Source: Sminthopsis crassicaudata (taxonomy: Eukaryota). From it: a stretch of DNA of 64,000 bases. The translations under genes were made by a program, and so were the position numbers. Below the pieces are notes generated by a model, which was given only the letters and a program-made list of their open reading frames with translations, searched no databases and was not told the origin of the DNA. The stretch lies in contig NC_133621.1 of assembly GCF_048593235.1 (NCBI RefSeq), forward strand, positions 299,097,146 through 299,161,145, read 5' to 3'. Shown one piece after another: positions 24,737-36,593 of the stretch. The first letter of the stretch is position 1; each line of letters begins with the position of its first letter.

Positions 24737-26859
24737 ATGGCTAGGGTATAGGCAGAGGGCAATCGAGTCCGGGGCGTGAGCTGAAGGCCTAGAAGGGGGG
24801 ATTCCCCGGGGCTGGGAAGGGTGTGTTGGAAGGGGGCTGGGAATGGCCGAAGCATCGCCTCCCCCGGGGGCCTGGGGCCCCCGGCTCTTCTTCCTCTCTG
24901 CCTTGTCCCCCTACTCCCCAATGGCCTCCCCTTAGAACTTGTCTTTGACAAGCCGGTACGTCCAGGCAGATGCTGGGGAGACGTGAGCAAGAGGAAAGGG
25001 GCAATCGGCTGGATTAGGGGGGCAGGGAATCCTTTCCTTGAGGGAAGAAGAAAAGGCAAGGGGGGGATTGTGGGATGGGAGGACGGGAGACTTGGAGCGG
25101 GGATCGCACTGTCTGCAGTGAGTTCAGTGCAACCCAGCCGTGGCTGAAGCCTGGGAAGGAAGGATGCTAGAGAAGAGAGAAGGAGTGGGGCAGGGGACGC
25201 GTGATTCCTCAGATTTCTCAGTAAAATGTGTAAAAAACCAATCTAGGCTACTTCTTCACTGACCAGATAAAGAAACTGGGGCCCAGAGACAGGAAGGGGC
25301 TTCTCCAAGGCCACAGAGCTGGGAATCACTAACGAGCCTGCAGACAATCTGATTTCCCAGAACGTCCATGGAGGGTGCAACTTCCCCCTGGAAGCTCTGG
25401 GTCCCCTCAGGTCCCAGCCAGCCCTAACCTTGCTGTGCTTGGTCTCTTCAGGAAATGGTTGCCTATAAGATATCCCTCCAACGTGGAACCTGCATAAAAA
25501 TAGAGGGAGATATTCCAATTGATGCCAAGCAGTAAGTCACACATGGGACGGATGAGACAAAATTTAACCCTGGGTGAGAGCTGAGTCCTTTATTCCCCTG
25601 CTTGCACTTGACCCTTGATTAGAAAGCACCAAGCTGTTTTTGCTTCAGCCACAGAAGGCTGGGCTAGGATTCAGGATCAGGAAAAACTTCCCAACAGAGG
25701 CTTCTCCAATAGATGACATGGAAAGTTTGGGTAGGAAGTGAATTCCCTGTCTCTGGAAGGAGTACAGTATGTCCCATGGTTCCTTGTTAGACAGGAGGGG
25801 AGAGGAATGGGCTCAGGAATGGATGAGGTTCCCTTTGGACGTCTTCTAGCTCAGGGATTCCTTTAATGGGGAATTTCCAAGGCCCTGGGACCCATTCTAA
25901 TGATAGAGATATGTTCCCCATTCCCAGTTGTATGGTTAACCTGGGAGAAGATGAATTTAACATTGCCCTGCACTTCAACCCACGCTTCAACTATCAAAAT
26001 AATATCAAGAAGATCATCTGCAACTCCAGGAGTGATGGCATATGGGGCAAAGAAATACAGGAACACAACTTCCCTTTTGCACCAGGGACTTCGATGAAGG
26101 TAAGGCCCCAGAGCATGGAATGTCAGAAGAACTCAAAAAATAATCTCAATCACACTTGCATTTGAAGGCAAAGTCGTGGAAGTGAATGCTGATGGGGGGA
26201 AAGATGAAAAGCTAAAGGGCAAAAGGGTCAATGGGTTCCCAAAGGCCAATAGCAAGAAGCTCAGCATCCCTTAAGCTGAAGAGAAGTTGGGGAGAATGGA
26301 AGGGAATTGTGAAGGGCTATGGTGCAATGGGATAAGAAGAGACTCTGGGCAGGACACATAACAGAACTATAGAACTGTCATGCAGCATGTGGTGTTGCTC
26401 CCTTATTTTACAGAGGAGGAAACTGAGGTTAGGAATGGAGAAATGCCTTGCCCAAGGTTTCACAGTGTCTTGTAGTGAGTCTTTTTTTTTCCCTGAGGCT
26501 AGGGTTAAGTGACTTGCCCAGGGTCACACAGCTAGGAAGTGTTAAGTGTCTGAGACCAGATTTGAACTCAATGAATTCAAGGCTGGTGCTCTATCCACTG
26601 CACCACCTAGCTGCCCCTGTAGTGAATGTCTTGAGCTGGAATTTGATCCAAGTCTTCCTGTCTCCAAGCCCAAGGTTCTCTATTCACCTCCTTCTGCCCT
26701 TTCCTCATTCAGATTTCCATAACCTTTGAAGCACATGGTTTTAAACTGAGGCTGCCCAATGGTTTTGAGTTCACTTTCCCTAATCGTCTTAAGTTACACA
26801 CCCTCAACTACTTGGAAATCGGTCATGATATCCTGATCAGATCACTGTCCTTCAAATGA
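24737..26859 (+). CDS. Galectin-1-like paralog D, 135 aa, intact, recent sister of C. Exons 24737-24745, 25452-25531, 25928-26099, 26713-26859. MAREMVAYKISLQRGTCIKIEGDIPIDAKHCMVNLGEDEFNIALHFNPRFNYQNNIKKIICNSRSDGIWGKEIQEHNFPFAPGTSMKISITFEAHGFKLRLPNGFEFTFPNRLKLHTLNYLEIGHDILIRSLSFK
   Basis: Same exon layout and splice sites as C. 21 nt differences in 408 coding nt versus C (hand count). AATAAA at 26917-26922; SINE in intron 3. Confidence 0.93.
26482..26617 (-). mobile_element. WSINE1-like SINE (deletion variant) in intron 3 of gene D, absent from gene C
   Basis: Reverse-complement SINE with TSD tgtagtga; the empty site is seen in gene C at about 19628-19640. Confidence 0.9.
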
Positions 26860-27645
26860 GCCCTCCAATCAAGCGGACTTCAGACCATTCTTGACTCTTG
26901 GGACTCTTTTATGACTAATAAACATGCTGATGAAGATAACAGCTGACATTGTCTGTTTTTCTAATCTTGGAGATAGAGGCTGTACCACAGGATACATAGA
27001 ACCTCTATTCTGGGTCTCATTCTCTGGCAGCACCCAGGAGTGCCTGCCCCTCCCTTCCTTGGGCCGGCATGGAAGGGCTTTCTGAAAAACCTCAGCCTTC
27101 CTCCTTTCAGTCTCATCATCCAGGCAGAGCATAAAGGGCTTTCTGACAGCAGGATCAACATTGGGGCCAGACTCCCTCTCCTTATGACTAAAAGGCAGCT
27201 AGTGGGGTAGCTAGGTGGCGTACTGGATAGAACACCTGCCCTGAGGTCAGGAGGACCTAAATTCAAATCTGAAAATTCCTGGATTACCTGGAAATACAGA
27301 GAGGCTCTCTTACAGGAGGATTTAGGCTGGTTCCTCTCAGCCTCAGCAGAACCAAAAGGAAATTAGGAAAAGTGCAGAGGTATCTGTCTATTCAGTCCAA
27401 CAATGGTAGCTGAACAGAAGCGGAACCTGTTGTTGGAGGTCTTCAAAGAAAGCCTAGTGACCATTTGGGGGGGAATTTTTAGGACTATTTTTTTATTAAA
27501 GCTCTTTAATCTTCAAAACATATACACGGATAATTTTTCACATTGACCCTTGCAAAACCTTTTCCAATTTTCCCTTCTTATCCCCACCTCCTCCCCTAGA
27601 TGGCAAGTAATCCAATATATGTTAAACATGGTAAAAAAAAATTAT

Positions 27646-29995
27646 AAGATCAGGAGTGAAACAAGGTTGCCCACTATCACCATTACTTTTCAATATAGTA
27701 CTAGAAACTCTAGCCTCGGCAATAAGAGCCAAGAAAGAGATTCAAGGAATTAGAGTAGGAAATGAGGAAATCAAATTATCACTTTTCGCAGATGAAATGA
27801 TGGTATACTTAGAGAACCCCAAAGACTCTGCTAAAAAAGTTATTAGAAATAATTCAGAGTTTTAGCAAAGTTGCAGGATACAAAATAAATCCACAGAAAT
27901 CCTCAACATTTTTATACATTACCAACACAATCCAACAGCAAGAGATACAAATAGAAATTCCATTCAAAATAACGGTCGATAGTATATAATATTTGGGAAT
28001 ATATCTACCAAAGGAGAGTCAGGATTATATGAGCAAAATTACAAAACACTTGCCACAAAAATAAAGTCAGATTTAAATAACTGGAAAGACATTCAGTGCT
28101 CTTGGATAGGCCGAGCGAATATAATTAAGATGACAATACTCCCTAAACTAATCTATTTATTTAGTGCTATACCAATCAGACTTCCAAGAAACTATTTTAA
28201 TAACCTAGAAAAAATAACAACAGAATTCATATGGAACAACAAAAGGTCGAGAATTTCAAGGGAAGTAATGAAAAAAAAAATTAAGTGAAGGTGATCTAGC
28301 TGTACCTGATCTAGAACTGTATTATAAAGCAACAGTCACCAAAACCATTTGGTATTGGTTAAGAAATAGACTAGTTGATCAGTGGCATAGGTTAGGTTCA
28401 CAGGGCAAGATAGTGAATAAAAATATCAATCTAGTGATTGACAAACCCAAAGATCCCAAATTTTGGGATAAGAATTCATTATTTGGCAAAAACTGCTGGG
28501 AAAACTGGAAATTAGTATGGCAGAAACTAGGCATGGACCCACATTTAACACCACATACTAAGATTAGATCAAAATGGGCCCAAGATTTAGGCATAAAGAA
28601 CGAGATCATAAATAAATTGGAGGAACATGGGATGGTTTACCTCTCAGACTTGTGGAGGAGGAAGGAGTTTGTGTCCAAAGGAGAACTAGAGACCATTATT
28701 GATCACAAAATAGAAAATTTTGATTACACCAAATTAAAAAGTTTCTGCACAAACAAAACTAATGCAAACAAGATTAGAAGGGAAGTAACAAACTGGGAAA
28801 ACATTTTTACAGTCAAAGGTTCCGATAAAGGCCTCATTTCCAAACTATACAGAGAATTAACTTTGATTTATAAGAAATCAAGCCATTCTCCAATTGATAA
28901 ATGGTCAAAGGATATGAACAGACAATTCTCAGATTAAGAAATTGAAACTATTTCCACTCATATGAAAGAGTGTTCCAAATCACTATTGATCAGAGAAATG
29001 CAAATTAAGACAACTCTGAGATATCATTACACACCTGTCAGATTGGCTAAGAAGACAGGAACAAATAACGATGAATGTTGGAGGGGCTGTGGGAAAACTG
29101 GGACACTGATGCATTGTTGGTGGAGTTGTGAAAGAATCCTACCATTCTGGAGAGCAATCTGGAATTATGCCCAAAAAGTTATCAAAATGTGCATACCCTT
29201 TGATCCAGCAGTGCTACTCCTGGGCTTATATCCCAAGGAAATACTAAAGAAGGGAAAGGGACCTGTATGTGCCAAAATGTTTGTGGCAGCCCTTTTTGTA
29301 GTGGCTAGAAGCTGGAAGTTGAATGGATGGCCATCAGTTGGAGAATGGTTGGGTAAATTATGGTATATGAATGTTATGGAATATTATTGTTCTGTAAGAA
29401 ATGACCAACAGGAGGAATACAGAGAGGTGGAGAGATTGACATCAACTGATGCTAAGTGAAACGAACAGAACCAGAAGATCATTATACACTTCAACAATGA
29501 TACTGTACGAGGATGTATTCTGATGGAAGTGGATATCTTCGACAAAGAGAAGATCTAATTCAATTCCATTTGATAAAGGATGGACAGAATCAGCTACACC
29601 CAAAGAAGGAACACTGGGAAATGAGTGTAAACTGTTTGCATTTTATGTTTTTCTTCCCAAGTTATTTTATTTTTATTTTTATTATTTTTTTGTTTTCCTT
29701 ATTTCCTGTCTTTTTTTTTTTTAATTGTATTTACTTCCCAGGTTATTTTTACCTTCCGAATCCAATTCTTTCTGTGCAACAAGAGAACTGTTCGGTTCTG
29801 CACACACATATTGTATCTAGGATATACCTTAACATATTTAATATGTATGGGAATGCCTGCCATGTAGGGAAGGGGGTGGAGGGAGGGAAGGGAAAAATCG
29901 GAACAGAAGTGAGTGCAAGGGATAATGCTGTAAAAAATTACCCATGCATATGTACTGTCAAAAAAAGTTATAATTATAAAAATTTTTAAAAAGAA
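27646..29995 (+). mobile_element. 5'-truncated LINE-1 (RT, C-terminal zinc knuckle, 3'UTR), non-coding
   Basis: [15 protein letters not shown]...LFADEM RT motifs and CWRGCGKTGTLMHCWWSC knuckle; several stops and frameshifts. Confidence 0.95.
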
Positions 29996-30060
29996 AATTA
30001 CTAACATGAACATTTTCCAAAATCACTAACATAACATACTAACACTAACATACATAAGTA

Positions 30061-30444
30061 TGTTTAGGCTTGCTGAACCCACAGAAGTAACACTTGTCCA
30101 GTAAACTGTCCCTTGAACCCAGGTAATCAAGTTGAACCTTAGGAAGTTTAATCTTGCTGGGGCCGCAGAATGAACACTTGGCTCCTAAATGTTCCTTCAA
30201 CAAGAGGCAAACACGTTTGCTATTTTGACTACCTCTGTTTTGAACAGATCTTGTGGCTAAGCTACTATCTGAAAAAGATTCTGGTTTTCATGGTCTTAGT
30301 ATTCCTATCATGGCTTCCAGCCAAATTACGGCTTCCCCCCTCCCCAATTATCAATAGTTACTCGTGCCATTTGGCCAGCCTGCCTGGGCAAAATAAAGCT
30401 CTAACTTAAAGAGGATTCTGGGAGAGTGTTCTCACTCCAATTCA
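30061..30444 (+). mobile_element. Putative solo LTR upstream of gene E
   Basis: Block absent from the homologous position of other units. Starts TGT, ends CA, AATAAA at about 30392; no clean TSD found. Confidence 0.35.
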
Positions 30445-30974
30445 GAGCCAAAAGTTTTCCTGAAATATTAGGATCTCGATTTATAGTTAAATAAACTGAG
30501 CATCAGAGATTGAAAATGACTTGTAGCTGTAAATCTTGACCCCCTCAAGAGAGAACCAAGAACTAAGGGGGGGGAGAGAAAAAAGTATGAGGAACATCGG
30601 ATCCCTTCTTTTGGGGACTGGGAGGGGGGGGCGCGGGCGGGAAGGGGGAGGAGTTAGTTGTTAAAAAAAAAAAAAAAAGACTACAAAGGCGGGAGCTTGA
30701 TGTGAAGGGGGTGTGACCTGAGGGTGTCCCCACATTGATTGGCTCACCTTCCAAGACAAATTAATTTCAGTTTGGGGGGAGAGGTTCGGAGGGCGAGGAA
30801 GGCTGAGGGTTGCTTCAGATTCAGCTGAGAGCCGGAGCCGGCTTTTCTACTTGAAGGATCCTTCCTACACCTCTTTGGCTTCCTATTTCTGCGTTGGAAT
30901 TGGGCGTTTTCCTTCGGGGGACCGGGAGACCCAGCACAGCCAGGAGAATCTCAGGAGATTTCTCACCCTCCATC

Positions 30975-33840
30975 ATGACTCAAGTAGGTGTGCTAGGGTA
31001 GAGGCTGCGGGAGTCCTTGTCCAAGGTCCTACCGTGGGGAACTGGTGCTAGGAAAGGATCTCAGAGTCTGGGGAAGAGTGTGTTCCCCACCGGGTGGGAT
31101 GCTCTGCCCTTCCTGTCTGTATGAATAGGGGCTCCTTTCTCTATTCCTCCACCCCGATCTTCCCAGTCCATGCAAGGGCTGCCCTGTCCATCCCTCCCAT
31201 CTTGAAGCTCTCGGCTATCCCTGGCTGCTGCTCCAAGGCCTTTGACAAGCTGCTAGGAATATGAGAGGCTATGGGGAAGAATAGCCGGGGAGAATGTGGG
31301 GGAATCCTCTTCTTTGAGTTGAGAAGGAAAGGAAAGGGACATGGTGGCCAGAGGTAATCTTCTGCCAGAGGATCCGACTTTTTTTTTTTTTCTGACGCAG
31401 TTAGGATTAAGTGACTTGCCCAGGGTCACACAGCTAGCTGATTTTTTTTTTTTTAAATAAATGACTATCTTACAGAATTAAGTCCTACCCGTTCTGATGA
31501 TACGGAAAGAGTCCAGGCTGAACAGGCTCCATCGGAAAAGGAAGAGGTTGGAGATGGCCGATGGGATGGGGGAGAGGGCACGTGATTCCTCAAGTCTCCT
31601 CCCTGCCTTAAAAAATAAGAGGGAATTAACCTCCCAAATACACTTCTGGCCTCTTCTCTAAGAAACCAGCTCATCAGATTACCCATTCCCTCCCATCTCT
31701 ACTTCACCATTACAGCTCCATTGCTTTAGAACAGGAAGGGACCACACATCTGTGCTGCTGGTTCCCTTACCCTTCTCCAAAGGAGTGGAGGACAGGAGGA
31801 GCTAAGTTCCTTAACCTTCATGTTTCTGCCAGCATCACCCCTGATTCCCAATTCTTTCTGAACCCCTCCCTCCCTTGCCAACTCCTCTTCCTCTGGGCCT
31901 AGCTACCTCCTGCCCTAGAGTGTGACCGAGACTTGGCTTGGAGGATGGGAGAAGCTCTTCCTGAAAATTTTCTTGGGAAGGAATTGGTTCCCTGCTTAGT
32001 GAGATGAAGGAGGCTCTGGGAGAATGAGGAGAGAAGTGGGAAAATGGCTGAAGAAATAGGGAAGGCAAGAGGCTCCCCACTGAGGTATAATCTATCTCCT
32101 ACAATTGGGGTAGAATTATGGTCCTCCCTTCCCTTTCATTCTTGTTTAAGTGACAGGATATATGATGCCAACCAAAAAATAGTGCTGGGACAGTCAGTGA
32201 GACAGAGAAAACATGGGCCTGGGACCCAGGAAATACTTGGACTTCAGTTTTAGTTCTATTGTTCACTTGTGTGAGTTGGGAAAGATTAATTCTTGCTTCT
32301 TTGTACCTCAGTTTCCTGGTGTGTGAAATAAGGAATAAGCTGGTCAATTATCTAGGCTGGTTCCTGTTTTAAAATATGGAGAAACTGAGGCCCAGATACA
32401 TGAAAGAGATTCACCAAGGTCACAGAGGTGGGACTGACTCCCACTACAGCACTAACTAGCCTGAAGGAGAGTCTGCTTTCTTAGAATCTTCCTGGATACT
32501 GGTTCCCCCCCCAACCAGAAGCTCTGAGCCCCCTCAGCACCCAGCTAGCCTTAACCTGTTTGTGCTTGGTCTCTTCAGGAGATTTGTTTTGAGATGATGC
32601 AACTTGAGCCTGGAATTCTTTTCAAAATAACAGGCTATATACCACCTCTTGCCAAAGAGTAAGTGAAAAATGGGAAAGATAAGACAATATAACCATGGGG
32701 GAGAGCTGAATTATTTGCACATGATCATTAATTAGCAGCACCAATCTGCTTTTGGCTTAGCCCCAGACGGCAGAACTGAAAGTCAGTATCAGGAAAAACT
32801 TCTTAACAAGAGCTACCCAGTAGGTGGAAGGGACATTGTATATAGGTAGTGAGCTCCCTGGGTTAGAGGGAATACAATATATACTATGATTATCTACTAG
32901 ATAGAGTTAGGATAGGAGGGATGTTGCAGAAGGATTGGGTGAGAGTCCCTTTGGGGGTTTTCTAACTGAGGGATTCTCTGAGTGGGGATTTTCAAAGCTT
33001 GGGGGGACCCATGCCAGTGATGGAAATGTGTTTCCCATTTCCAGATTTCACATTAACGTAGGCAAAGATGAACTTAACCTTGGCCTCCACTTCAATCCAC
33101 GATTCAACTATTATAATGATCAGAAAGTCATCTTCTACAACTCAAAAGTAAAAGACCAGTGGGGTGAAGAACAAAGGGACCATCACTTCCCCTATTCTGA
33201 TTTGTCCACAGTGGAGGTAAGACCCCAGAATGAGAGCCCAAAATATTATATCTGGGAAGGGCCAAAGAGATACAAGCTCACCCACCTCAAGTATTTGTCA
33301 GAAGACATCTGAAAATATACTCTGAGAGGGAAAAAATGAAAAGCTAGACGGGAAATGGGTCAGTGGGTTTCCAAAGGTCACTGCCAAGAAGCACAGCATC
33401 CCGTGAGCTGAGAAAAGATTGGAGAAAATAGAAGGGAGTTGTGAAGGCCCATGGTGCCAGTGGGATACAAGAAGCCTGGTGAATTTCAGCACACAGTAGG
33501 GCCTTAGATTAAAACTGAAAGGAACCTCAGGGTCATCTAGTCTGATTCTGTCATTCTAGAAACTGAGACTCAAATGGAGAAATGACTGGGTCAAGGTCAC
33601 ACAATGTTTTGTAGTATCTTGAGCTGGAATTTTAATTCAGGTATTCCTGTCTCCAAGTCTGTGTTCATCACTTTCTGTCTTCTCCCCATTCAGGTTTCTA
33701 TAATGTTTGAAGAGAAGGAATTTAGAATAAGACTTCATGATGGTTATGATCTCACTTTCCCTAATCGCCTTAACCTAAAAGAAATAAACTACATAGCAGT
33801 TGAAGGTGACTTCTGTGTCAGAAAGGTAGACTTCAAATGA
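30975..33840 (+). CDS. Galectin-1-like paralog E, 135 aa, intact. Exons 30975-30983, 32579-32658, 33045-33216, 33694-33840. MTQEICFEMMQLEPGILFKITGYIPPLAKEFHINVGKDELNLGLHFNPRFNYYNDQKVIFYNSKVKDQWGEEQRDHHFPYSDLSTVEVSIMFEEKEFRIRLHDGYDLTFPNRLNLKEINYIAVEGDFCVRKVDFK
   Basis: GT-AG introns and 9/80/172/147 nt exons. Full H-N-R/N/W-E-R carbohydrate-recognition signature. AATAAA at 33894-33899. Confidence 0.93.
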
Positions 33841-34232
33841 ACACGCCAATCCAGCCAGCTCCAGAACATTCTTGAAGTGATTCTTGATTTACTAATAAAA
33901 GCACTGATAATGATAACAGCTGACGTTGTCTCTGTTATTCTGGTCTGAGGGAATAGAGGGCTAGGGTTGGAGTCAGAAAGGATGGCTGAGTGACCCTCGA
34001 CAAGGACAAGGATTGTCTACCTGGAGACCATGGATAATTTTCAGATGGGGGGGGGGAGAAACATGACTTTTATTGTGACCAACTTTTGATTTTCCTAGTA
34101 TTACTCCGTGTGTGTGTATAAAACATTATTACGCTTTATATCATGATACTGCCTTTCAAGTGGGTAAGAAAAGGATCAAAGAGAAAGGAAGAATTTGATC
34201 CCCAAAATGTTTTTAAAAGAAGGTTAAAAATA

Positions 34233-34395
34233 GGGACAGCTAGGTGACATAGTGGATAGAGAACCAGTTCTGAAATCAGGAGACTTGAATTCAAATCTAG
34301 CCTCAGACACTTAACACTTTCTAGCTGTGAGACCCTGGGCAAGTCACTTAACCCCAATTGTCTCAGCAAAAAGAAAAAGAAGAAAAAGAAAAAGA
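34233..34395 (+). mobile_element. CORE-SINE
   Basis: tRNA-like head and A-rich tail. Confidence 0.85.
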
Positions 34396-34897
34396 GTAAA
34401 AATCAATTTAAAAATAAAACATACACAAAAAGAAAAATGAACAACAATATTATATTATTCTGAGAAAAGATGCAAGGGTTTACCAAAATGGTCATAACGA
34501 CAACAAAAGTAACAAACACTTAAAGTTTTTGGACAATCCCTGAGATCAGAGGACCTGAAACAGGACCTGACTCAGTTGCCCACTAACCAAGTTACCCTAG
34601 GTTCTCAGTTTTCACAATGTGTAAAAAATCAGATAGTTTCTGTGGTCTCTCCCAATTATAGTTTTGTCAAATTAAGATTTCTGCTTTCAGATAGACTCTT
34701 TGAAGACCAGGGGGCTGACTCTCACCAAGACCAGAGCACAGACTTCCCTCTACCTGACCCCAGTCCTTTCTGCACAATAACAGATTCTAATTCCCTCTAA
34801 AATTAGTTTTTCATTGGCTCCCCCAATCTCTCTACCACTGTCCCCAACCACATCTTCCAAGTTTGGGGATTTTGGACATAGGGCGGAGGAAGATTAT

Positions 34898-35149
34898 TTT
34901 TTTTTTTTTAAATTCATATGTCATAATTTATTGAACCATTCCCAGCTGATGGTCATAACTAATTTCCAGTTCTTTGCCATAAAAATGCTGCTACAAATGC
35001 TTTTGTACAATTGTGTCTTTTCTCTTTTCTGTTTGGTCTCTTTGGGATATAAATCCAGTAGTAGTATCATTGGGCTAAAAAGACATGTATAGTTTAGTAA
35101 CTTTGAGGGCATAGTTCCAATTTACTTTCTTTTTTTCTTTTTTTTTTTT

Positions 35150-35197
<48 letters not shown>

Positions 35198-36110
35198 ATT
35201 ATCCCTTGTATTCATTTTTCCAAATTACCCCCCCTCCCTTATTCCCTCCCCCCGACGACAGGCAATACCCTACATTTTACATGTGTTACAATATAGTCTA
35301 AGTACAATACATGTGTGTGAATATCATTTTCTTGTTGCACAATAAACATTAGAATCCGAAGGTACATGCAACCTGGGCAGACAGATATTAGTGCTAACAA
35401 TTTACATTCACTTCCCAGTGTTTCTTCTCTGGGTGTATCTACCTCTGTCCATCATTGATCAACTGGAAGTGAGTTGGATCTTCTTTATGTTGAAGATTTC
35501 CACTTCCATCAGAATACATCCTCATACAGTATCGTTGTTGAAGTGTACAGCGATCTTCTGGTTCTGCTCATTTCACTCAGCATCAGTTGATTTAAGTCTC
35601 TCCAACCCTCTCTGTATTCCTCCTGCTGGTCATTTCTTACTGAGCAATAATATTCCATAACTTTCATATACCACAATTTACCCAACCATTCTCCAACTGA
35701 TGGACATCCATTCATCTTCCAGTTTCTAGCTACAACAAAAAGGGCTGCCACAAACATTTTGGCACATATATGTCTCTTTCCGCTCTTTAGTATTTCTTTG
35801 GGATATAATCCCAGTAGTAGCGCTGCTGGGTCAAAGGGTATGCACAGTTTGATAACTTTTTGGGCATAATTCCAGATTGCTCTCCAGAATGGCTGGATTC
35901 TTTCACAACTCCACCAGCAATGTATTAGTGTCCCAATTTCCCCACATCCCCTCCAACATTTGTCATTATTTGTTCCTGTCATCTTAGCCAATCTGACAGG
36001 TGTGTAGTGGTATCTCAGAGTGGTCTTAATTTGCATTTCTCTGATCAGTAGTGATTTGGAACACTTTTTCATGTGAGTGGATATAGTTTCAATTTCTTCC
36101 TCTGAGAATT
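34898..36110 (-). mobile_element. 5'-truncated LINE-1 (about 35126-36110) with a ~215-bp 3' transduction (34910-35125)
   Basis: 16-bp TSD GGCGGAGGAAGATTAT at 34882-34897 and 36111-36126. Two poly(T) tracts; AATAAA (TTTATT at 34927-34932) 17 nt from the outer tail. Confidence 0.9.
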
Positions 36111-36593
36111 GGCGGAGGAAGATTATAAAAGGATGGAGCTTGAGGGGGAGGGGATTTGATCAAAGAGTTGTCTCCAGATTGGTTGGCTGCCCTTTTAAGA
36201 AACAGCTCAAAAATTTAGAAAGCTTGCCTCTTGACATAAGCCTTTTTGTGCTCTATATAAACCAAAAGTGCCCATGTATAGGATTCAGGGATGGTGGAAG
36301 GGGGAGTAGAGAGTGGTGGGGTACAGTAGGGGAGTGATGAGCATACTAGGGAGGACTCAGCTGAAACCCTGAACTTGACCACACTCCTGGATCCTCAGCC
36401 TATATGGTGTACAAAGACACCCTCAGCTTATATACCCTGGTTCGCTCACTGTGGCCATGATGAAGGATGAGAAATGCTGCTATGATTTTCCTGGCTGAGC
36501 TGGGTCCCCGAAGAACATTGCCCAACTTCACCACAGAGATGGCAACTTGGGGAAGTGTTGGACCTTTCAAATGTGTGGTCAAGTTCAGGGTTT
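36111..36593. pseudogene. Galectin-1-like remnant G (A-type promoter on +). Exon 1 (ATG GCC ACA, 36458-36450, donor GTGAGC) lies inverted on the - strand; exons 2-4 absent
   Basis: 34700-34897 plus 36111-36384 match the gene A promoter on +. 36385-36572 matches the gene A TATA/5'UTR/exon 1/intron start only as reverse complement, and is bounded by a perfect 21-bp inverted repeat. Confidence 0.8.
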
